A DNA stretch of 64,000 bases from a virus. A program made the translations under genes and the position numbers. The notes below the pieces were generated by a model, which had not been told where the DNA came from, did not search any database, and saw only the letters and a program-made list of their open reading frames with translations. The DNA is taken from IMG/VR virus record IMGVR_UViG_3300033153_009397, positions 1 to 64,000 of that record, one strand, 5' to 3'. Below are positions 1 to 8,886 of this stretch, one piece after another; within the stretch, counting starts at the first letter, position 1, and every line of letters begins with the position of its first letter.

Positions 1-459
1 ATAGGTCTTACTTCTACTAACTCAAGAGTATAATGATAAGCTAATTGTTCTTGACCTATTTGTCTCCATTCCATCTTATCCAAGATAACAATAGACATGT
101 CAAGGTCACAAGACATAAGCAAAGGTGCATCAGCTTGCCATATATATTCTAGCATAAATTTAATAACACGGGGGTCATACCACTGGTCATCGTTCATTCT
201 GGAGCCTTTAGTACCTAATATCCTAAGATAAGGAATAGATTTTCTAATGATGTTTTCAAAATTCATTTTCCCAGAAACCTTAAACATAGGACTTTTAGTA
301 CCAAATCTTTGCCACAATGAACCGTGTCTACCAAGTGGACTTAGCTAACCACAGTGGAAAGAGATAAAGCAAGAACTTCTTTCTTTTATCATATTCAAAA
401 GCCTTGCCAGTTAAGTAGTCAGTATCTGTTCTTACTTTTCTTATTACCTCTGTACTCAT
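1..459 (-). CDS. Tail/baseplate protein after TMP (tube-initiator-like); partial, with a frame break near 328-357
   Basis: ATG at 459 gives MSTEVIRK...LYLFPLWLAKSTW* (stop at 328); a second frame from 338 reads PLGRHGSLWQRFGTKSPMFKVSGK... to the window edge; not in the ORF track. Confidence 0.5.
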
Positions 460-464
460 TATTA

Positions 465-2033
465 TCACATCGTTTTATTCATTTTATTAATCGCTTTGAC
501 TAATTCGTCTAAAGCTTCTTCGCTACTATTTTTCAATAATTGTAAAATTTCATAAAGACTACTAACAGTTGGAGATATCTTACCTATTTTATCGTGAAGT
601 TCATCTATTTTTCTGGTAACTATTTCTATTTTATCTTCTGTACTATATTCTTCACCTTTCTCTACTTCAGTAAACACGTCTCTGAGATTCTTAATTTTTT
701 CAATGAGTTCTTCTCTTTGACCTTCTCCAAATATTTCATAAACACCCTTCTTAGCTTCTTGAGATAAAGATTTAGTATAAACATCTCCTAAAAATCCCAT
801 AAGCATGTCATAGAAAACTACTTCAGCAGTCATCAGCTTCTGTTCTTTTTCTCCTACAGTAGCATAGATATCTTTTTCTACACCTTTTCCCTTTTTCACG
901 TGAATATCTATATCCTCTGTTATTTCTAACAACCTTTGATATTTATCACCAAATTCTTTTTCTCTGCTTATTATTTCTTCTATCATACCAACAATTGCTG
1001 ACGAAGAACCAATTTCCATAAATCTTTCAACGTATTTAGGAAGAGTTAATATTTCTCCTTCTCCTTCTTTTGCTCCTACTGATAAAAGAGTTAATATTTC
1101 TTTATCACTTTTCCACATATTTGATAAAGCTTCTGATACCACGTCTTCTAAGTTTTCTCTTTCAAGATTTTTTTGAATATAATCTACAGCAGCCATTATT
1201 TCATCTGAAGTTCTGGCACCAACTTTTTGCATCTGAGCAGCATACTCAATATTACTACCTACAATGTCGGGACCAACTTTTAACTCGGCTCCTCTAAACA
1301 TTGCTCCTTCACGCTGATACTCAAAGAAAATATCTTGTCTTCCTTTTTTACCCATCTGAGCAACACTTGCTTCTAAAGCAAAAGTACTCAATACATCTTC
1401 TGGCAAACTACCCTTAAGTATATCTCCAATTATTTTGCTCATATCAGCTTCTTTCATCATTCCATGAAACATATCTAAAAGACGACTCCAGATAGCTTTA
1501 GGTTCTGTTTTAATTCTTCCTTCTCGTTCATCGAGAACACGATTCTCTAGAACTGCTAATAAATTCTCAATACTATCTTTAATAGCTATTTCTTTAGAAT
1601 AACGAGACCTACCAGCACCAAGATTGGCAGCCATATCTTCAATGTTATTAATGATAGTCTGAACAAACTCCATAGGGTCTACTCCTTCTGGAATAACGTC
1701 TCCTAATCTGCTCTCAATAGTTTCCTCAGCTCCTTCCTCCCCAAGAAGTTGTTTAGCTCTGTTAAGCTGGGTCTGAAGAGCATGTTCTAATGACTGTCTA
1801 CCACTTATTGGGGTAAGAAGAGGAAGAACTTTATCCATGCTATATTTCATGGCTCTAATCTCTTCTGTTATCTCAGTAGTATGTACAGTAATAAGATTCT
1901 CAAAATATTTAATATCTGGTTGAATCTCCCCCATTTCCTCTCTTAAAGGAAACAACTTAGCAATTTCTGCCCTTAATTCATCTGGATTATTTATCTCAGC
2001 ATCAACAGTTAGGGTTAAGTTCATGTCTGCCAT
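465..2033 (-). CDS. Putative tape measure protein
   Basis: Helical 522 aa protein directly downstream of the tube and chaperone genes; positional call. Confidence 0.5.
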   Translation of the reverse strand: MADMNLTLTVDAEINNPDELRAEIAKLFPLREEMGEIQPDIKYFENLITVHTTEITEEIRAMKYSMDKVLPLLTPISGRQSLEHALQTQLNRAKQLLGEEGAEETIESRLGDVIPEGVDPMEFVQTIINNIEDMAANLGAGRSRYSKEIAIKDSIENLLAVLENRVLDEREGRIKTEPKAIWSRLLDMFHGMMKEADMSKIIGDILKGSLPEDVLSTFALEASVAQMGKKGRQDIFFEYQREGAMFRGAELKVGPDIVGSNIEYAAQMQKVGARTSDEIMAAVDYIQKNLERENLEDVVSEALSNMWKSDKEILTLLSVGAKEGEGEILTLPKYVERFMEIGSSSAIVGMIEEIISREKEFGDKYQRLLEITEDIDIHVKKGKGVEKDIYATVGEKEQKLMTAEVVFYDMLMGFLGDVYTKSLSQEAKKGVYEIFGEGQREELIEKIKNLRDVFTEVEKGEEYSTEDKIEIVTRKIDELHDKIGKISPTVSSLYEILQLLKNSSEEALDELVKAINKMNKTM

Positions 2034-2124
2034 GACCAGTTATCCTCTTCTTCTTGTTCTGATTTTGATGACTTTGGTAATCTAATAAACTCAGATACAA
2101 ATACCATTTCATTTAAAGACATAT

Positions 2125-2583
2125 TCAAGACTTCTTTGGGGGATTTTCCGATTGCCCGACAGATTTTCCAGACGTATTTTCCGAGAGGGCTTCGGGCAAA
2201 CTTGATAATTGCACTCTCGTCTGGTGAGAAAAAGCTAATGAATTAGCAAATACTGTAATACTGTCTACCATCCCTTTAGGCATCTTGGAAATAGTATCGA
2301 AATTTAATTTAGGTTCTACTACACACTGGTGAACAACAAATCTATTTCGTTCTCCCCGTGTTGGAAACTCAATAGTTTCTAATTTAATCTGAGTAGCCAA
2401 ATCCATAGGTTTGACTTTGAAAACAAATTTAGTATTTAACTCTTCATAAGTAATAGTTAAAGTGGAAATCAAATCTTTGCTTAAAGCCTCTATAGCTGCG
2501 TTAAGGTCATCATCTACGAGATTTGTACCTAACTCTCCAGCCAAATCATCCAATTTGTCTTTAAAGTTTTGTTCGTTCATCAC
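2125..2583 (-). CDS. Tail assembly chaperone (gpG-like), with a probable -1 frameshift extension to 2021
   Basis: Lies between tube and TMP; the -1 frame is open from about 2245 to the stop at 2021 and reads ...VWKICRAIGKSPKEVLNMSLNE..., resembling gpGT C-termini. Confidence 0.65.
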   Translation of the reverse strand: MMNEQNFKDKLDDLAGELGTNLVDDDLNAAIEALSKDLISTLTITYEELNTKFVFKVKPMDLATQIKLETIEFPTRGERNRFVVHQCVVEPKLNFDTISKMPKGMVDSITVFANSLAFSHQTRVQLSSLPEALSENTSGKSVGQSENPPKKS

Positions 2584-2603
2584 TTAATTTGTTACATCTC
2601 TAA

Positions 2604-3134
2604 TTATATAATGCTTTTGTCTGTCATACTTCTTGCCCAAAAATCTATTGTTTCAAAAGCATACTGTCCTTGCTGACTATCTAACACACTTGTTATACCA
2701 ACAATTCCACTATACACTAATCTTCTCCCAGCATAGGCAACATCAAATTTTATCTCAGCATCATTGGGAGGAAGAAAAGGTTCCCCAGAATTAGCCAGTT
2801 TGTTTTTATAGTCTGCTGGAGAAAGAAGCAATGACATTCCTATGGCTGCTATTTCTCCTTTTCTTGACATTACTGCCTTAGTAATTGAACCCTTAATAGA
2901 TGTCCTATGTCTGAAAAAATCAGTAGCCAAGATTGAACTTGAATATATTGTTCCTAACTGACTATTTATTGGTCCTCCTATTGGCCAATAAGGCTCTCCT
3001 TCAGTTACTATTTCTGTTCTAATCTTCTGAGCAGTACCAATTGGCAAATCAATAATAGCCAAACTGGGAATGTCCAAACGAATAACTACATCATGAGAAT
3101 GAACTGCTCTATATGATAAAACATAGTCTGACAT
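2604..3134 (-). CDS. Tail tube-like or minor tail protein
   Basis: Position; beta-rich; C-terminal ETIDFWAR strand and overall pattern resemble the neighbouring tube protein. Confidence 0.45.
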   Translation of the reverse strand: MSDYVLSYRAVHSHDVVIRLDIPSLAIIDLPIGTAQKIRTEIVTEGEPYWPIGGPINSQLGTIYSSSILATDFFRHRTSIKGSITKAVMSRKGEIAAIGMSLLLSPADYKNKLANSGEPFLPPNDAEIKFDVAYAGRRLVYSGIVGITSVLDSQQGQYAFETIDFWARSMTDKSII

Positions 3135-3188
3135 TGTACTCTAAAGAATATATAAAAAAAGGGGGTAAATAATGTTTTGGTTTGTTTT

Positions 3189-3770
3189 TTACGTTCCCAC
3201 GTTGAGGTCGTATCGAGCATAACGATAGTTTCCTTCGATTTCAGCATTTTGGAAATTCCCTTGGGCTCCATCAAAAGCTCGTCTAAAGAATGCAACATTG
3301 TAAAGCACATGTTTCTTATTCTTTCGCAAATTAATAACTTCAATTTGAAAAGTATACGGAACCATGTGTTTGCCTTCTGAAGTATTATCATTCCACAAAA
3401 ATGTGGCTGGGTCTACTCCTTCAATCGCATCATGAAACAATTCTGTCTCCCCATCAGCTTCATTAACTATTACTCCGAGAGCATACTTAAACAACTCATA
3501 ATTGATATGTTTTATTCTTACTCTAAAAGTTCCAAGAAAGTTTGCTTGTCTCTGTTCAATAGGCACATTAGTACCATATCCATGAAGAATTGACATATCA
3601 TTTCTATCCTCCCATCGAATATAGTCTATTCTACCAATGACTTGGGAATTCGTCTGTTGTCCAGAGCTATCAACAAATGCTGGTAGGCTTTGGTCACTTA
3701 TCTGAGTTTCCCCAGATACTTTTAACACGATATCAACGCTATGGTCAGATTTGTATTCTGGCATTTTCAT
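3189..3770 (-). CDS. Tail tube protein
   Basis: Immediately downstream of the sheath; IGRIDYIRW..HGYGTNVP..FLGTFRV pattern typical of myovirus tubes; GAGGTGA RBS. Confidence 0.7.
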   Translation of the reverse strand: MKMPEYKSDHSVDIVLKVSGETQISDQSLPAFVDSSGQQTNSQVIGRIDYIRWEDRNDMSILHGYGTNVPIEQRQANFLGTFRVRIKHINYELFKYALGVIVNEADGETELFHDAIEGVDPATFLWNDNTSEGKHMVPYTFQIEVINLRKNKKHVLYNVAFFRRAFDGAQGNFQNAEIEGNYRYARYDLNVGT

Positions 3771-3775
3771 TCACC

Positions 3776-5047
3776 TCATATTGTTGCTGAAACAACTAAG
3801 TTCACATTTATCTCAGTCACTTCAAAGACTGGAACTATAGTTAAATCACATCTCATGATATGATTCACTTCATCGGTAGATGAAGCAAAAACATTCACGG
3901 CAAATTCTTTAATCATCCCTTGAGATACCATTTGCCTAAGAGTGCTTTCCACTCTTGACTTTGCTGTTGACCGACCTAATGAAGTATTATTTGAAAACAA
4001 GAATGGTAAGAGTGTATTTCTTGTTCTCTTGGCTGCTGTGTCTGCTATTTCACGAGTAGTCAAATAAGAGAAGTCTGAACCAGCAGCAGAAAATGTCCAT
4101 CCTTTATCAAACATATAAGAGACAGATGCACCAGTACTCCACCTTCGTGGAAATAGAACATGGTCATCGCTCATACTTTCCATATCAGCCTTTTTGAGTA
4201 CTGCTTTAGTAGTACTACCACTCCATACGGGGGTAAATCCTAAAGATTTCAAAGGAACATGTGGTTGCATAGCAGCACGTCTACCAGCTAACCAAGCAGC
4301 TAACCAGTTACCACCAATTTCCACACTCCCAGAAGCAAGAGAAAGAGCAGCCAGATGGGTATCAGAAACATCATAAACAACGTTTCCAAACTTATGAACA
4401 GTATTACCTACTAATGTGATTGTTCTTCCATAATCTGATTTTGCTCCAGCATAGCTACTTAAATCATAAGTAGTTCCACTGAACACTTCTTGATAACTAA
4501 CTCCAGTAATATAGATTCTTTCTTTTCCATTATTCACACTGGAAGCAGTTTCCATCTCCGTAGTTACAGCAGAAATAGGAGGTTTACCAGCTATTACAAC
4601 ATAATAAATATCATCAAACTCTCTAAGTTTTGCAAGAGCTTGAGTTGTTCCCGTATCAGCACTAGTACCATACGTACCAGTTCCAGAGAGTACACAAGCA
4701 TAAACTTTGGACGCTCCACCAAGAAAGGCCAATTCTACGGCTCTGATAAGATTAGTTTCATTATCATAGGCTCCAGTACCAAAAGTAGTTTGACTATAAG
4801 TTCCAGCATCCCAAGAACCAGAAAGAGCTAACCCGCATTTTTGTACAGCGTCAATAAGGTTATTCCAAACGAATACCTCACCTTCATTAGAAGCACTCCA
4901 TTTTTCGGCATCATTGATATTATAACCACTTGAGCCACTTTGCATATGTCCAATAACTGCTACTGCTCCAGTAGTTGTAGAAGGAGTAGGAGCTATACCT
5001 CTCGTGGTTTCTGTAATGAATATACCAGCGAGTTTATGTGTTGACAT
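3776..5047 (-). CDS. Contractile tail sheath protein
   Basis: N-terminal AGIFITE..T..AVIG; C-terminal REIAD...FLFSNN...VESTLRQM..GMI..F.V....CDLTIVPV..V..I, a sheath C-terminal signature. Confidence 0.88.
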   Translation of the reverse strand: MSTHKLAGIFITETTRGIAPTPSTTTGAVAVIGHMQSGSSGYNINDAEKWSASNEGEVFVWNNLIDAVQKCGLALSGSWDAGTYSQTTFGTGAYDNETNLIRAVELAFLGGASKVYACVLSGTGTYGTSADTGTTQALAKLREFDDIYYVVIAGKPPISAVTTEMETASSVNNGKERIYITGVSYQEVFSGTTYDLSSYAGAKSDYGRTITLVGNTVHKFGNVVYDVSDTHLAALSLASGSVEIGGNWLAAWLAGRRAAMQPHVPLKSLGFTPVWSGSTTKAVLKKADMESMSDDHVLFPRRWSTGASVSYMFDKGWTFSAAGSDFSYLTTREIADTAAKRTRNTLLPFLFSNNTSLGRSTAKSRVESTLRQMVSQGMIKEFAVNVFASSTDEVNHIMRCDLTIVPVFEVTEINVNLVVSATI

Positions 5048-5080
5048 AATTACCTCTCGAATGAAGAGTATTTAAATCTT

Positions 5081-5788
5081 TTACTCACTTAAACTCCCAG
5101 AGGAATTAAGGATGTCATAAGATGCCGTTGTACCAGAAGAGATATATGACCTTTGAATAATCTCTTCAACCCATGTACTGTAATCTTTTTCTCCAGTAGG
5201 TGGCTTGAAATATACATCAGCAGTTACAGTCGTCCATATGGCTCTTCTGTACTCTTCACTAACCATAGCCTTATGGTCTACTTCCTTGATTATTCTGTCT
5301 GTCTGGTCGAAACCCATTATTTCAGAACGTATAACTTTAAGATTTCTTATTCCGACATTATACAAAGCGTTACTTTCTGGAGTATTCCCCCATTCTAGCC
5401 AATTTTCCACTTGTCCAGCTACAACATCTCTTTCCCATCCATGATGACCCCATACATCAAATCTTATAACATAATCACAAGTTTTTCCATAAACAACTGT
5501 TCCACTACTTCCACTGGCTGCGGGAATATTAAAAAGCATTGCTCCGTGATAATACCTACTTGATTCAGATACTATAGTTACTACACAAGTAGGTAGTTGA
5601 ATATTTTCTTTGGTAGGAAAGTCTCCAACAAATTTTATAGTAGCCCCAGTAGAACCAGACTGAAGATATACTGTCTCAGCAGTACCAGAAAGAAAATTAA
5701 TCAGATGTGCTTTTATACTATCCATAGGAGAAAATGCTCTCCCTTGATATTGAACCAATACTGAACCACTATAACTATCATAACTCAT
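5081..5788 (-). CDS. Tail terminator / head-tail joining protein
   Basis: Position before the sheath; LPTCVV and IRFDVWG...ERD motifs. Confidence 0.65.
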   Translation of the reverse strand: MSYDSYSGSVLVQYQGRAFSPMDSIKAHLINFLSGTAETVYLQSGSTGATIKFVGDFPTKENIQLPTCVVTIVSESSRYYHGAMLFNIPAASGSSGTVVYGKTCDYVIRFDVWGHHGWERDVVAGQVENWLEWGNTPESNALYNVGIRNLKVIRSEIMGFDQTDRIIKEVDHKAMVSEEYRRAIWTTVTADVYFKPPTGEKDYSTWVEEIIQRSYISSGTTASYDILNSSGSLSE

Positions 5789-5790
5789 TT

Positions 5791-6291
5791 CTAATAACCT
5801 CTTGGTCTCTTCGCCTCAAACGCTCTACAAATAGATTCCTCTACCATTTCTCTTCCATTAGATATAATCTCATCAATGACGGCTACTCTTACTGGTCTAT
5901 AATAAGAAGGATGGTCATTCCAATAGTTAACCCATCTACCAGTAAACCTCAAATGACCTATTATTTCTCCTTTCAACTCATCACTTATATGTGAAGTAGA
6001 AAGGTTCTCTGACATATTAGACTGTTTGCCAGCAGCAGTATCTTTAAGAGACTGAATACTTTCTCCAGTTTTTTTCATAGCATCTGGGTCATAATCATAT
6101 CCTTGAGAAAGATATTTTCTTTCCGTGTCCAAAGCTCGCTGTTCAAAACCATATTTAGAATAAGCCTCTTCCAATACCCCTTTCATAGTATTAGCTAATC
6201 CCTTTCCTATGAAATGTGCAGTCACATCCATTTTTCGTTTTAGAAAATCTTTTGACTGCTTAGTAAAAGATAACTTAATCTTAATATCCAT
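5791..6291 (-). CDS. Neck / tail-completion protein
   Basis: Position; KTGESIQS and RP motifs loosely like HK97 gp10-type neck proteins. Confidence 0.45.
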   Translation of the reverse strand: MDIKIKLSFTKQSKDFLKRKMDVTAHFIGKGLANTMKGVLEEAYSKYGFEQRALDTERKYLSQGYDYDPDAMKKTGESIQSLKDTAAGKQSNMSENLSTSHISDELKGEIIGHLRFTGRWVNYWNDHPSYYRPVRVAVIDEIISNGREMVEESICRAFEAKRPRGY

Positions 6292-6326
6292 TAAGAATAA
6301 TAAAAAAAGGGAATAGATAAAGGTTT

Positions 6327-6662
6327 TTACTCCTTCCGAGATTTATCTTTTAGACTTTGATATTTTTTATGTTCCCATTTCTCACTAGGATTAGTAATCT
6401 TAGATATTAATCTATTAACTCTATCAATATTTTCTTCTGTTTCTACTGTGGTCTTTCTAATAATTTTGTCTGAGCTGATTTTATATTGTCTCTGTATTAT
6501 ATCTCTACATATTTCCCACGTTGCAATACTACATCTACTAAGTAACTCTTTAACAAAACTCTCTTCATCTGGTATTTTTACACCATTCTGTTTAAAGTAA
6601 GTTATAAAGTAGTTAGGGCAAAGATGAATAATAGGATTATCCCACTTCTCATTGTGTTTCAT
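6327..6662 (-). CDS. Hypothetical protein
   Basis: ORF coupled to the upstream ORF by an ATGA overlap. Confidence 0.55.
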   Translation of the reverse strand: MKHNEKWDNPIIHLCPNYFITYFKQNGVKIPDEESFVKELLSRCSIATWEICRDIIQRQYKISSDKIIRKTTVETEENIDRVNRLISKITNPSEKWEHKKYQSLKDKSRKE

Positions 6663-6874
6663 TTCTTAAACACTTCCTTACAAGTTACATTTCCTTTTTT
6701 AACTTCAAGTTCAATTTCAAGATTATCTACAATAGCCGTAACTATCATTCTAATATACCCATCAGAATCAGTCTTAAAATTCAAATCTCTTACCCAACCA
6801 ATTAATTGGTCGTCAAAAAAGACTTTTGTAAAATGTTTATGACCGTTATCTGACACAATTTTTAACTTCACCAT
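6659..6874 (-). CDS. Hypothetical protein
   Basis: GGAGGTGA RBS; coupled to the glycosyltransferase stop. Confidence 0.6.
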   Translation of the reverse strand: MVKLKIVSDNGHKHFTKVFFDDQLIGWVRDLNFKTDSDGYIRMIVTAIVDNLEIELEVKKGNVTCKEVFKK

Positions 6875-8886
6875 TATATATCACCTCCTACAAGAACTTC
6901 GTAAAGCTTCTTAGCAGACCTTTTCCAAGTAAACCGTTTAACATCTTTCCTAGCTTGTGTTCCTAATCTGGAACATTCAGATGGATGTTCATAAGCATAC
7001 CTCATTGTTTTACGAAGATTATCTATAGAAGGAACTGCCCATTTCAAAGCATTAGTTGGAGCATACCATCCAGCTCCATTGCTAATTTCCATAGTTTCTG
7101 GTTTAACCAAGAACGAGTTTTTCTTGTTCATATAAGTCAAATGACCTCCATATTCTTGTGCAATACAAGGAATCCCACAATTATGAACTAAAATACCATT
7201 GGCAAAATATATTCCACTACTAGTGGCTATGTTATATACTTTTCCGCTAAAGTTGTATATTGACTTTGAGAGAATTTTACTCTTTGATTTAATTTTCTCA
7301 TCTCTATGAAGGCTTTCCAGTCTTCTTTTGTGTATTTGTTCATAAATGTTTCTTGTCTTTTTATTCGTCTGTTTATAAACGAAATCAATATTCCACATTG
7401 TTTCTTCTTCAAGATAAGATAAGGGTGCAATTTTTCTAGCAAAGGTAATATTTTCATTCCTTGCAAAATTGTTGTATAAAATTCCGATTTTTGTTGTCTC
7501 CTTTTTATATCCAAGTAACTTTCTGGAAAATTCTGTTTCAACCAATTGTGTATTTCTATACACTTGTTGCATATGCGTATTTGAGGAATTAAAGTGCCTA
7601 TCAATCTCTCTTCTGCTCGACCCTTTCGATGAAGTCGAAATGTTATTGTTCCATCTGCGTCTATAAACCCAGCCAGATATGAAATCATCTCCTCTGGAAT
7701 GTTTATATTCATCATCTTCATTCTTCCAATTTTTGTTTTCTTTAATTTCATTTCTCTTACTTTCATTCTTATTGAAGCTTCTGAACGTCTCTTTAACATC
7801 TTTGAAATTTGATAAGCTGTATGGGTCTCCCAATTTTCTTTCAAAACTTCCAATTCTTCTTTTGTCCATCTCATATAATTCATATAACTCATCACCTATT
7901 AATATGTCTTTTGCCATCTTCCATCCATTAACTGTGAAAATGGGGTGTTCTGGAGTACATTCAAGTATTGAACTCTCTGTTTCAATCCTAATCATTTTAC
8001 CATCATAATGTCTTACATGTACATCTTCTATGCCACTTGGTATATCAACCAAAGTATTATATGGAAAACATGCCATACTTTGCATATATGGGAGACACCA
8101 ACTTTCCCCTTTACTTGGTAAAATGAAACAGTCTGCACTGTTGTAAAGCTTTCTTAATCCTTCTTCATTGAACATTTGTCCAATAACTAAAATATGAGGA
8201 GGATTTTTTAATCCCATGTCATAACTTAGTCTTTTAACGCTGTTTTGAATATTAACCATAGTAGCAAAAGTATTATCTTTTCCATAGGTTTTAATGATTA
8301 AGTTTACTTTGTCATCACCAGTAAATTCACTAAGATAAGATTTCAACAGTTCATGAAATCCTTTCCGCATTATCCATTGACCTAAAGAAAGAAAGACAAA
8401 TCTATTTTGGTCATCCTTTTTAATCATAGGTTCATCTGGATAAAACGTCTTGGTATCTACTCCGTGATTAACTATGTGAATTGGTTTAGGAACATTCCCT
8501 ATAGAATCTTTAATCATATTTTTCACAAATTTATTAACAGTTACATATTCATCATAAACGCTTATTAACTCTCTCCATAGAGGCGGAAGCCTATCATTTT
8601 CCCACACAAACTTTATCAAGTTCCTTGTATGGTCTGGTGGTGTATTCCAAATTACTGGAGTACCGTATCTTAGAAGCGGAACTTGAAGAGTAGAAGTATT
8701 CTTCATCATTGAAGTAAAAATTTCTGCTTCTTTTTCTGGTAAATTTAAACGCATTTTATCTACGTGATTATCTACCAAATGAATGTCCAATCCAAGTTCA
8801 TTCATTCCTAATAGTAGTTTTCTAGCTACAAAAGAATATCCACTTGGAGCAAATACTGTCGTTTCTATTTTAACGTCTGCTGTCAT
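6874..8886 (-). CDS. GT-B (GT4-family) glycosyltransferase containing an intein
   Basis: SGYS, NHGVD, RKG and LYNSADCFILPSKGESWCLP..SMA|CGIPCIA motifs; the EAMACG-like motif is split by a 297 aa insert. Confidence 0.9.
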   Translation of the reverse strand: MTADVKIETTVFAPSGYSFVARKLLLGMNELGLDIHLVDNHVDKMRLNLPEKEAEIFTSMMKNTSTLQVPLLRYGTPVIWNTPPDHTRNLIKFVWENDRLPPLWRELISVYDEYVTVNKFVKNMIKDSIGNVPKPIHIVNHGVDTKTFYPDEPMIKKDDQNRFVFLSLGQWIMRKGFHELLKSYLSEFTGDDKVNLIIKTYGKDNTFATMVNIQNSVKRLSYDMGLKNPPHILVIGQMFNEEGLRKLYNSADCFILPSKGESWCLPYMQSMACFPYNTLVDIPSGIEDVHVRHYDGKMIRIETESSILECTPEHPIFTVNGWKMAKDILIGDELYELYEMDKRRIGSFERKLGDPYSLSNFKDVKETFRSFNKNESKRNEIKENKNWKNEDDEYKHSRGDDFISGWVYRRRWNNNISTSSKGSSRREIDRHFNSSNTHMQQVYRNTQLVETEFSRKLLGYKKETTKIGILYNNFARNENITFARKIAPLSYLEEETMWNIDFVYKQTNKKTRNIYEQIHKRRLESLHRDEKIKSKSKILSKSIYNFSGKVYNIATSSGIYFANGILVHNCGIPCIAQEYGGHLTYMNKKNSFLVKPETMEISNGAGWYAPTNALKWAVPSIDNLRKTMRYAYEHPSECSRLGTQARKDVKRFTWKRSAKKLYEVLVGGDI
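7180..8070 (-). mobile_element. Intein (297 aa) inserted before the Cys of the GT4 SMA-CG motif
   Basis: N-terminal CFPYNT, block B CTPEHPI, GW..A.D...GD, block F KVYNIAT, terminal HN followed by a +1 Cys. Confidence 0.93.
7227..7883 (-). CDS. Single-motif LAGLIDADG homing endonuclease with an N-terminal Myb/HTH-like domain, nested out of frame inside the intein
   Basis: YLAGFIDADGTI motif; LLEKLHPYLILKKKQ; N-terminal RWTKEELEVLK...ISKML.RSEASIR; AGGTGAT RBS 7 nt before ATG 7883. Confidence 0.88.
   Translation of the reverse strand: MNYMRWTKEELEVLKENWETHTAYQISKMLKRRSEASIRMKVREMKLKKTKIGRMKMMNINIPEEMISYLAGFIDADGTITFRLHRKGRAEERLIGTLIPQIRICNKCIEIHNWLKQNFPESYLDIKRRQQKSEFYTTILQGMKILPLLEKLHPYLILKKKQCGILISFINRRIKRQETFMNKYTKEDWKAFIEMRKLNQRVKFSQSQYTTLAEKYIT

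Noticed and set aside
328-357. Canonical bulge-helix-bulge intron explaining the frame break
   Set aside because: The best BHB I could draw would excise 14 nt, which does not restore the frame, and its outer helix is poor
7469-8008. Plus-strand ORFs inside the intein, and similar antisense ORFs across the window
   Set aside because: Shadow ORFs rich in F/L/S, with no RBS or motifs, opposite well-supported genes
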